Below, piece after piece: positions 56,372-63,810 of a DNA stretch of 64,000 bases; positions within the stretch are counted from its first letter, which is position 1; every line of letters begins with the position of its first letter. This DNA is from a virus. The notes under the pieces are model-generated. The model worked only from the letters and a program-made list of their open reading frames with translations, searched no databases and was not told the DNA's origin. The stretch covers positions 1-64,000 of IMG/VR virus record IMGVR_UViG_3300025030_000010; one strand, given 5' to 3'. Made by a program: the position numbers and the translations under genes.

Positions 56372-57282
56372 AATCCTAACTCCTTCATTAGTTTGTCTGC
56401 CTCTCGCTGCTTCATCTCGCCAGGGTCACCTTCGTCAAGCTCCAGAATTTCAACTTCAACGCCTCTCGCTGATAACAACACAGCTATCAACTCGGACTGC
56501 TTTCGTGCCGCGAGTTCTCCGCCGTCGAACATGACGTAGACTTTCTTAAACTTCTTTGCCAGCAGATTGACTTGCGCTAGAGTGAAGCTGATTCCGAAAC
56601 AGCAGACAGCGCCTGGGCCTAGTCTCCACACGTCTGCGATTCCTTCAACGAGCAAGCACGCATCGCCTTCAGCTTCATCGTAGCCGTAGACTATCGTTTG
56701 ATGTTCCATTACCTCGTTGCACTTCTCGCAAGCTTTGTACTTCAGATCGGACTTATCTGTGATGTCTCGTCCTTGATAACTGACCATTTTACCTTTGAAG
56801 TAGATAGGAGCAATGATTCGCCACTTATATGGTCCGATCGGTCCGACACACTTCAAGTTCCAGATATCAACTAGATCAGCGGGGTTATAGTTACGTCCTA
56901 TCAGATAATCAACATGACGCTTTGTGAGTTCTTGAATTCCGAGCGGCCACTTCGTTTCTCTGCGTATCTGAACACGGACAGGACTCGCTACAGCGTCATT
57001 TCTCGACTGTGTGCGAGCATTCCCCTTGAACTCAGCTTGAATCTTCTTTGCCGCTTTAAAATCGCAGCCCAGAACAGCTTTGATTACATCGATCTGAGAA
57101 TGCTTGCCACATCTCCAACACTTAACAGCGCCAGTCGAGACGTGAACCCCTAAGTGGAAGCCACGAGAGCCGACACAGAATGGACAATGTATCTGTACCC
57201 ACCCTGGTCGGCATCTCTTGTGTCCACTAATCGCGTGCTCAATGCGATAGTCCTGATAAAATTTAAGGACGTTGAAGCTCAC
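56365..57282 (-). CDS. DNA primase (Zn finger + TOPRIM)
   Basis: CPFC...CWRC, YQGR, VEGIAD, MFDG, GDPG. Confidence 0.85.
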   Translation of the reverse strand: MSFNVLKFYQDYRIEHAISGHKRCRPGWVQIHCPFCVGSRGFHLGVHVSTGAVKCWRCGKHSQIDVIKAVLGCDFKAAKKIQAEFKGNARTQSRNDAVASPVRVQIRRETKWPLGIQELTKRHVDYLIGRNYNPADLVDIWNLKCVGPIGPYKWRIIAPIYFKGKMVSYQGRDITDKSDLKYKACEKCNEVMEHQTIVYGYDEAEGDACLLVEGIADVWRLGPGAVCCFGISFTLAQVNLLAKKFKKVYVMFDGGELAARKQSELIAVLLSARGVEVEILELDEGDPGEMKQREADKLMKELGLW

Positions 57283-57284
57283 GT

Positions 57285-57629
57285 TTATTCCTCGCTGGTG
57301 TCGATTCTGCGAATGAATTTCTGAACTTCATCAAAAGGTCTTCCGTCCTCTTCTCCGGGCATGTATATGTGCTGATCGACAATCTCTCCGACGGATATGT
57401 TGCCGGCGATCTTTACTAACCACAGTTCCCCGTTGTCAGGCTCGTTCTTCTTTAGATCGATCAGAATGTCAACTATATCCTGAGTCAAAGAAACAATCTC
57501 GCTCGCCTTCATTAGCGGGTACTTTGTGGGAAATGGAAACTTGTTTTTCTTATACTTCGGCTCTCTCACCGCAGCGAGAAGCTTACCCATGGACTCTCGA
57601 ATCTCTTTCAGTTCTTTCTTGGTCAACAT
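57285..57629 (-). CDS. Hypothetical protein
   Basis: ORF in operon order. Confidence 0.5.
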   Translation of the reverse strand: MLTKKELKEIRESMGKLLAAVREPKYKKNKFPFPTKYPLMKASEIVSLTQDIVDILIDLKKNEPDNGELWLVKIAGNISVGEIVDQHIYMPGEEDGRPFDEVQKFIRRIDTSEE

Positions 57630-57826
57630 AGTGGCCCCCAATGAATACTTAGAATTCTGTTGCACTTCTTTTCGTGCCCGCCGTCGGCCGCTCGTGATGC
57701 AGTCGAGCCGCATTTATACACGACTTCGACCCCATCATCCGAGCGGCGTTCAGCATTGCAGAAAGGGCACAGATAGGCAACTCTTCGGACGTTCTCCAAT
57801 TCGTTATCCGTCTCTGTGTTTACCAT
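57623..57826 (-). CDS. Small Cys-rich protein
   Basis: CPFC...YKCGS...KKC. Confidence 0.5.
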   Translation of the reverse strand: MVNTETDNELENVRRVAYLCPFCNAERRSDDGVEVVYKCGSTASRAADGGHEKKCNRILSIHWGPLC

Positions 57827-57827
57827 G

Positions 57828-58274
57828 TTAGCAGGTCCCAGAGTGAAGCGGGTTGCCGTTAGTGTCGAGTAAGATTCCGCCAGTGACCGATTTCACAGTC
57901 TGAATCGAGTTGAGAGCATTGAAGATCGGAGCGAAGAGTTCGACAATCTTCTCTTCATCGCTGCGCGTGTCGTTCTTCATCATGTCGGGAGTGATGATTA
58001 CTGTGAAGCTGTGAACCTTCTCCGTTGCAGGCTGAACTACGGTCAGCTTAATGACAAGACCCTGACTGTAGTCCACGAACAGAGTCAAACCCGCTGTTCC
58101 TTTGACCGCTGCGTTCAACTTGTCGATCTGATCGGAGATGTAGAAGAAGGCGCTTTTCTGCTGTGTCTGCGCCTGAAGGGATTGCACAAGGGCAACAATT
58201 CGATCAACAGTTGTTTCATCGTTGATCGTCCCCTCAGTGTTGTCTTTGATGATGCTGGCGATTTCTCTCTTCAT
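57828..58274 (-). CDS. Hypothetical protein
   Basis: AGGAG RBS; ends ILLDTNGNPL. Confidence 0.6.
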   Translation of the reverse strand: MKREIASIIKDNTEGTINDETTVDRIVALVQSLQAQTQQKSAFFYISDQIDKLNAAVKGTAGLTLFVDYSQGLVIKLTVVQPATEKVHSFTVIITPDMMKNDTRSDEEKIVELFAPIFNALNSIQTVKSVTGGILLDTNGNPLHSGTC

Positions 58275-58948
58275 TTCTTGTTTCTCCTTTTCTTCGCGGG
58301 TTTGGGTGCTTCTGGCGGTTTGCAGATTCTCTCGTATTCTTGCGAGACTCGATTATACTTTGTTCCGCAACGATAGTGTCCTGAAATATCATCACCGAAC
58401 TCGATTGTAGACTGACAGTGAGGACACGTCTGACTCATTTTCTCAGTGTGCAGGAGCTTGATGCGCTCGCGTTGACCTTTTATGAGTTCCTGAAACGTGG
58501 GGCAAGTCGCGTTGACTTTGCAGGTTCCATGACAAGTGATGTTGTTCACCCACCAAGGAGATTCACCCTCGAACTTGCATTTGTAATCGCAGTCACGGGG
58601 AGGATTCATCGAATAACCGCCGTGACCTAGACCAGTATATGGGACTTCTTTGACTTCTTTGACTTGCTTCACTCTCACCCCTTTTGTTCTCCCGCTTCTG
58701 CGCGGCTGAGGATTGTCAGGAGCGCGTGTTGTCTCTTCGTGCAAGTCAATCAGCTCTTTTACTTCAGAGACGCTACTGGCGGGGATTCTGCGCTCGTCCT
58801 GCTGCTTGAGATTGTAGACAGCGTAAAGCTTCCCCGAGTTGGCACCTTTGCAAATGTGGCCATGCTTGTACTCGATGCAGCGTCCGAGCTGTTCGCGAAG
58901 CGTTTCTTTCGGCTTCTGTGTCTGTGTGATTCCTTTAGTTCTCGCCAC
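58271..58948 (-). CDS. Cys-rich multidomain hypothetical protein
   Basis: AGGAG RBS; several C/H clusters including CPHC...YRCGT...C. Confidence 0.6.
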   Translation of the reverse strand: MARTKGITQTQKPKETLREQLGRCIEYKHGHICKGANSGKLYAVYNLKQQDERRIPASSVSEVKELIDLHEETTRAPDNPQPRRSGRTKGVRVKQVKEVKEVPYTGLGHGGYSMNPPRDCDYKCKFEGESPWWVNNITCHGTCKVNATCPTFQELIKGQRERIKLLHTEKMSQTCPHCQSTIEFGDDISGHYRCGTKYNRVSQEYERICKPPEAPKPAKKRRNKK

Positions 58949-59783
58949 TGGTTTCTCCTTTGGACATATTTTGAATCTTTAGTAAGTCCATCTCGCCTTC
59001 GAATTTAACGTTTAAAGTGCCTTCTACTTTGAAACTTCTGTCGGTTGACTCGAAGTTCATCATCAGCGGAGCGGGGTAGTCGATAATCGGAAGATAACGC
59101 ATTGAATCGATTGTGTCAGAACCCATCGCTCGAATGCTGTCGGCAGCTCTTCTGATATCTGCTATCAGCGCCTCGCCTGTTACTGGATTCTCGTCCCATG
59201 TTGAAGTTGCTTTTATCGGAAAAGCTTTATCGTACCATTCTTCTGATTTCTTTCGCATTGCTTCTGCAATCCCAGGTGAAGCAGGTTCAACATACGGATC
59301 GTCCATTATCAGAATCGAGTTTGTTCTACCGATGATATTCGGAAGAGGAGCTCTTCTGCCGATAATATTTGCAGGGTGATTCTTATCCGCGCTTCGATTC
59401 TTCATAACGGTCAGATTCGGGAAAACTGAATTTCGATTGATGTCGAAATTCCCCATGTATTGACTTGCGAAATCCAACTGATTAACACCAAACTTCCCGT
59501 ATATGCTGTTTGTCGTGATCTTTCTTTGCAGCTTTTCCCAGAAAGCTTTCATGTTTCTTTTATCGACATACTTCGTTGTCAGTCCGGCCGATGTCAATAT
59601 ACGCTCTGCGCCTCGATACGCTCTGGAGCATTTCTCGTGGAAGACGTAATGCTTCGAGCGAGCTTTAACGTTGAGGATGTCAAGATACTTCGTCTTGACT
59701 TTGACGTAGATTCCTTTTCTGACTCTGTGATTAATCACTCTGTCGGAATTGGCCAACAGTTCGTTACAGACTCGACATTTCAC
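58935..59783 (-). CDS. Zn-finger protein bearing a string of motifs resembling conserved phage proteins (candidate decoy)
   Basis: GAGG RBS; CxxC...HExC N-terminus, then KITTNSIYGKFG, LDFASQY, VMKNR, ILIMDDP, DTIDSMRY, IIDY, VEGTLNVKF. Confidence 0.65.
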   Translation of the reverse strand: MKCRVCNELLANSDRVINHRVRKGIYVKVKTKYLDILNVKARSKHYVFHEKCSRAYRGAERILTSAGLTTKYVDKRNMKAFWEKLQRKITTNSIYGKFGVNQLDFASQYMGNFDINRNSVFPNLTVMKNRSADKNHPANIIGRRAPLPNIIGRTNSILIMDDPYVEPASPGIAEAMRKKSEEWYDKAFPIKATSTWDENPVTGEALIADIRRAADSIRAMGSDTIDSMRYLPIIDYPAPLMMNFESTDRSFKVEGTLNVKFEGEMDLLKIQNMSKGETSGEN

Positions 59784-59929
59784 ATTAGACCTCGTGCTCT
59801 ACATTTGTACCAAAGTTGACGATTCGTTGCGAATAGATTCGATTTGATTGCTGCAAACCATGCTCCACACGGGAAGCAGTGATTGTATTTCTTTAGATAG
59901 TCTCTACTCCCGCAAACTGGGCATCTCAT
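59780..59929 (-). CDS. Small zinc-ribbon protein (49 aa, not in ORF track)
   Basis: MRCPVCGSRDYLKKYNHCFPCGAWF...; overlaps both neighbours by 4 nt. Confidence 0.55.
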   Translation of the reverse strand: MRCPVCGSRDYLKKYNHCFPCGAWFAAIKSNLFATNRQLWYKCRARGLM

Positions 59930-60108
59930 AAAATGCCTGCCGAACTCATGACCTTAAATGCCAGTGTGTAAGCTTTCGCGCAGCTTTCGTGCATTGAGAC
60001 TTTTATTCCTGTTCTAGGTAAATTGAGAATTCCATCGTGTTCGATTTTCATTCTGGCGCGATTCCGATCCTTCTTTTTTAGATTCGTCTTGCAGAAATAA
60101 CACTTCAT
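59926..60108 (-). CDS. Small Zn-finger protein, paralogue of the N-terminus of 58935-59783
   Basis: MKCYFC...ILN...HESCAKAY...SSAGIL. Confidence 0.6.
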   Translation of the reverse strand: MKCYFCKTNLKKKDRNRARMKIEHDGILNLPRTGIKVSMHESCAKAYTLAFKVMSSAGIL

Positions 60109-61865
60109 TGATTCCTCCGTTGTTCTCTCAATAGCGCCATTAGCATTTGATCTTTTGTTAACTCTCTGCCGTCCATGATTCGTTCAAGCGTTCTGTTCTT
60201 CAAGTCCAACACGTTTGCTCTGAACTCTTCGATAGTGTCATGAGCGATTAGATACCACGCTGTTGCTCCGTGTAAATCACCCGCTCTACCGTAACATCTA
60301 TCCTCTGCTTGCTCATGATCTTTCCCTGACCACCACATCTCCAGAAAAACAACATGATAGGAAGCGGTCAGAGTCACACCCTCTTTTGCTGCGCTGCTGC
60401 CTATGAAGACTCGTTTCTTCATATCATAGACAAACGAGGCGCATGACTCCTTGCTCTTCTCGTGTCGCTCTTTTCTCACACCGCAGTTAGCGCAGCGCTG
60501 AAAGGCGTCTATTGCAGCATTGCGTTTCTTCGGGTCTGTTACCGACCCGTCTATCTTGACAGCGATATCGCCAAACTCTTTCATGAGTCGGTCGATTACT
60601 TCTTTATGCTCTGCGAAGATAACAATCTTGTCCTCAGTATCGAGAAGATTCCATAGCCACTCTATTGCTGCGTCAATCTTCCCCTTTACAGCGAGCTTTG
60701 AAAGCTGTTCGATCTTCTGAAACGTCATTTCTCCTGTAGCGTCTCTCTTGTCGTATTCAGCGCGATTGTTTATCTCAAGCGGCACGACTGCTCGAACTTT
60801 GCGATCAAGCGTTTTAAAGACATCCTGCTTCTTTCTACGGAGCATTATCGAGCTAGTCAGAAGATTATAAAGCTCGTCTTCGTTGCTCGACCCGTTGAAG
60901 TTCCAGTTCCCAACAAAGTCTTTCTTGGCTCCGCAGTATCTGTGAGCGTACTTGAAGAAGCTCGGGAAGATTCGCTTATCAACTAGATTCGCAAGAGTGA
61001 AAATCTCCTTCGGACGATTCTTACCCGGAGTCGCTGTAATCGGAATGACGTGCGGCGCTCTGTCGCAAAGCTGCTCGACTGCCCACCATCGTATCGATTC
61101 CTTGTTGCAGATATAATGCGCTTCGTCCAACACGATACATTTCCACTTTACGTCCCACAAGTCTTGACGAATCGTGTTCTCTTTGCCGTGTGTCAGAATG
61201 TCATAATTGATAATGACTATCTCGCCTGTTATTTTCACAGGCTTAGTGCCGCTGATTATCTGTACCTTCGGGGAGTCCATCCAGAACTCAGCTTCGAGCT
61301 TCCAGTTTAACTTCAACACAGCAGGGCAGATAATTAGGACGGGGCGCACGTCTTGACGCAGTTGTAGCCATGCCAAAACTTGCATTGTCTTGCCTAGACC
61401 CTGATCGTCTGCTAACAGAACTCGTCCGTTCTTCGCTTCAATGATCTGAGGACCTTCAATTTGGTATTGTTCGAAGTAATCGAAGTGTTGTATTCCGGGG
61501 ATTTTGAAATGCGGATCGAATGTAACGGGGGCGAAGAGATTACTTTCCCAGTCCATTAAAGCGCGATCAAAGTTAAAGCCGCCTTCTCTCAGCTTGTTAA
61601 TAGCATCGAGACTCACAGGGGCCGTCCAGTATTGGGTGCTGGTGCCTTTGACGAACTGGCGCTGCGTGATTCGTTTAATAATCGCAACAGTTTCCATGTT
61701 CTTCAGAAAGCGGATTCGAATCGTCTCTCCCATGAGACTCGCGTGGCGGTCGTCATGAGAGAGTTCCGAGTTCTTCGGGTTGCGTATAACAGCGACTGGC
61801 TTCTTCTTGGTCGAAGTCTTCTTGTCTCTGCTATACAGTTGCTTTATGCGGTCAAGAGGATTCAA
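60105..61865 (-). CDS. SNF2/HARP-like SF2 helicase
   Basis: LADDQGLGKT, LIICPA, LDEAH, TATP, MLRR, EGVTLT, QAEDR. Confidence 0.9.
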   Translation of the reverse strand: MNPLDRIKQLYSRDKKTSTKKKPVAVIRNPKNSELSHDDRHASLMGETIRIRFLKNMETVAIIKRITQRQFVKGTSTQYWTAPVSLDAINKLREGGFNFDRALMDWESNLFAPVTFDPHFKIPGIQHFDYFEQYQIEGPQIIEAKNGRVLLADDQGLGKTMQVLAWLQLRQDVRPVLIICPAVLKLNWKLEAEFWMDSPKVQIISGTKPVKITGEIVIINYDILTHGKENTIRQDLWDVKWKCIVLDEAHYICNKESIRWWAVEQLCDRAPHVIPITATPGKNRPKEIFTLANLVDKRIFPSFFKYAHRYCGAKKDFVGNWNFNGSSNEDELYNLLTSSIMLRRKKQDVFKTLDRKVRAVVPLEINNRAEYDKRDATGEMTFQKIEQLSKLAVKGKIDAAIEWLWNLLDTEDKIVIFAEHKEVIDRLMKEFGDIAVKIDGSVTDPKKRNAAIDAFQRCANCGVRKERHEKSKESCASFVYDMKKRVFIGSSAAKEGVTLTASYHVVFLEMWWSGKDHEQAEDRCYGRAGDLHGATAWYLIAHDTIEEFRANVLDLKNRTLERIMDGRELTKDQMLMALLREQRRNQ

Positions 61866-62120
61866 TCAGTACCCCTTTTCCGTGTAGTTGAGCCAGTTTG
61901 TGATTTGAACAGTTGTTGTCGGCAGACCTTTAATGCGTCTACGAATCGCAACGAGCAGAGGCTTTTTGTGCATCAAGTTTCGGCTCGTCTTCAATCTTTC
62001 GAGAGTGAGTGTCGGCATGATTGCGATGAATGTTTGTTTGCAGGCGATACAGTCGAGCTTAACGTCTACGACTATTTCGTGGGGAGCGTTGCAGTGAGGG
62101 CAAAAACAGATATGCGGCAT
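61866..62120 (-). CDS. Small zinc-ribbon protein
   Basis: CPHC...CIAC; GGGAG RBS. Confidence 0.5.
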   Translation of the reverse strand: MPHICFCPHCNAPHEIVVDVKLDCIACKQTFIAIMPTLTLERLKTSRNLMHKKPLLVAIRRRIKGLPTTTVQITNWLNYTEKGY

Positions 62121-62137
62121 GTGATTCTCCCTTATGT

Positions 62138-62749
62138 TTAGAAATCGTATTGACTTCTCCAACTACTTGCCTTCATTTGCTCTTTTCTTATCGCTGATAT
62201 TTTACGCTTTGTTTCTTCGGTGAGACTTTTACCGAAATTGTGATTCTTCTCTCCGCGCTTTGCTGCCGCTTGCTTCTCTCTCGTCTCTTTGTTCTGAGCT
62301 TGAACTTTCACTCGCTCGCTCAATTCTTTTCTATATTGCGGCGAGTCATGAACAATTTTCATCTTCTTTCGGAACTCTTCACTTTCCCAAAGTCGCTTCT
62401 TACTAACACTCATTTTCGATTTAATCTCAGCAGTCAGAGAGAACCCGTAACCGCCGTCAATCATGTTCGTGAGATTTGCTCCGAGTGATTTGAAATAATC
62501 GATCCACCATGATTCCGATTCTTGCCATTGTGAATCACGGACTCGCTCAAGAATTATCAACTCTGGAATCAGCTTCAATCTTTTCAGCGAGCGTAACCAA
62601 CAATGTTTGTGTGAGCGACCGCGATGCTTTAAATGTTGCTTGAATCGAATGTGGGGAGAGTCTGCTTTGCCGATGTAGCGGAGTTGATTTGTGCGTGGGT
62701 CGATCAGCCCATAAATGTGAGTGTATTTGATTGCTCGTATAGTTCGCAT
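62138..62749 (-). CDS. GIY-YIG homing endonuclease with NUMOD3-like repeats
   Basis: HIYGLIDPR....YIGKA...RF.QH, E, LTN..DGG; NHNFGKSLTEETKRKIS. Confidence 0.85.
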   Translation of the reverse strand: MRTIRAIKYTHIYGLIDPRTNQLRYIGKADSPHIRFKQHLKHRGRSHKHCWLRSLKRLKLIPELIILERVRDSQWQESESWWIDYFKSLGANLTNMIDGGYGFSLTAEIKSKMSVSKKRLWESEEFRKKMKIVHDSPQYRKELSERVKVQAQNKETREKQAAAKRGEKNHNFGKSLTEETKRKISAIRKEQMKASSWRSQYDF

Positions 62750-62812
62750 TTATTGTGTCCTGATCTTATCGCGTTGCGGTCGGAGGTGCTCCGTTCTAAT
62801 GAATGAGATGCG

Positions 62813-62842
62813 ACTATAGCGACTCTGACTATAAGAAGTCAA
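62813..62842 (-). promoter_or_regulatory. Sigma70-like promoter TTGACT-18-TATAGT flanked by TTCATTAG motifs
   Basis: -35 at 62837-62842, -10 at 62813-62818; motif copies at 62796 and 62883. Confidence 0.55.
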
Positions 62843-62898
62843 GCAGAAAGCGATTCCAAGCGGGTTCCTGCTCGTGGAATCGCTAATGAAGCTCTTTC

Positions 62899-63468
62899 TC
62901 AGTTAGTTGATTCCGCTCTGTTAGCTTTGGCGATTCGATACACAGACGCGATTCCGATTCCGAGCGCGTCTGCCACATGCTGCTTTGTCTTCCCTTTACT
63001 CAGCAGCTCAAGCACTTCTTTAGTTTTAGCGATAGCAGTTGGCTGTCTGCCTTTGTAAGCACCCGCTGCCTTAGCTATCGCTATACCGGCTGCTTGACGC
63101 TCAAGCATCATTTCTCGCTCGAACGTTGCAATGGCTCCCAGCATGGTGAGCATTAGCTTCCCCGTGGGCGTTGTCGTATCGAGATTGATATTTAGTACCT
63201 TGAATTCAACGCCCTTTTTCTGTAGCGCGTCAACGATGTTTAAAAGGTCTTGAGTGCTGCGGGCGATACGGTCAATCTTACAGACCACGAGAACGTCACC
63301 CTCTCGAACATAGTCGAGCATAGCCACAAGCTGCGGCCTGTCTTTGCTGTTCTTCGCGCTCGCTTTCTCTTGATAGAGCTTATCCACTTTCTCTCGTTTC
63401 AGCTCTGACAGTTGAGCCTCTAACGATTGGCCAGTGGTCGAGACTCTCGCGTATCCGATTTTAGCCAT
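62899..63468 (-). CDS. Small serine recombinase (resolvase/invertase)
   Basis: GYARVST catalytic Ser, DRPQL, GDVLVVCKIDRIARS, FEREMMLERQ..G, GRQP, C-terminal HTH. Confidence 0.95.
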   Translation of the reverse strand: MAKIGYARVSTTGQSLEAQLSELKREKVDKLYQEKASAKNSKDRPQLVAMLDYVREGDVLVVCKIDRIARSTQDLLNIVDALQKKGVEFKVLNINLDTTTPTGKLMLTMLGAIATFEREMMLERQAAGIAIAKAAGAYKGRQPTAIAKTKEVLELLSKGKTKQHVADALGIGIASVYRIAKANRAESTN

Positions 63469-63598
63469 TGCTCTTCTCCTTCTGTCGCTCTATTTCCTTT
63501 CTCAGCTCGGCATTTGTTTCTTCGAGCGCTTTGTTTTGCTCCTGAAGAGCTTTGACCATTCTGCGGATAGTTGTGTTGATATTCTCTCTGCGCGCCAT
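63461..63598 (-). CDS. Small coiled-coil protein
   Basis: AGGAGGTG RBS. Confidence 0.5.
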   Translation of the reverse strand: MARRENINTTIRRMVKALQEQNKALEETNAELRKEIERQKEKSNG

Positions 63599-63609
63599 GT
63601 CGGCACCTC

Positions 63610-63810
63610 CTATTTGACTGCTCCGATTCGATATGTCAGACGCTTGTAAACCCATTCCGAAACGACTTCGGCAGCGTGTATAGCGTCAAGACTATACTCG
63701 TTGATCAGCTCGATTATTGACGGGTTGACGTTCCAGATTTCTCTCTCGTGGTATCTCTGCTCAATACCTTTAATGCGCGTTGCAATCGTTTTTCTTTCTG
63801 CCGCTGCCAT
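63610..63810 (-). CDS. Hypothetical protein
   Basis: AGGAG RBS. Confidence 0.5.
   Translation of the reverse strand: MAAAERKTIATRIKGIEQRYHEREIWNVNPSIIELINEYSLDAIHAAEVVSEWVYKRLTYRIGAVK

Noticed and set aside
58935-59783. Degenerate DNA polymerase B or terminase pseudogene
   Set aside because: The ORF is intact with an RBS. PolB motif B precedes motif A, motif C is absent, and motifs from several unrelated families are interleaved, which does not fit decay of one gene.
62138-62749. Group I intron hosting the GIY-YIG endonuclease
   Set aside because: The flanking genes are complete and uninterrupted, and the endonuclease has its own promoter, so it is free-standing.
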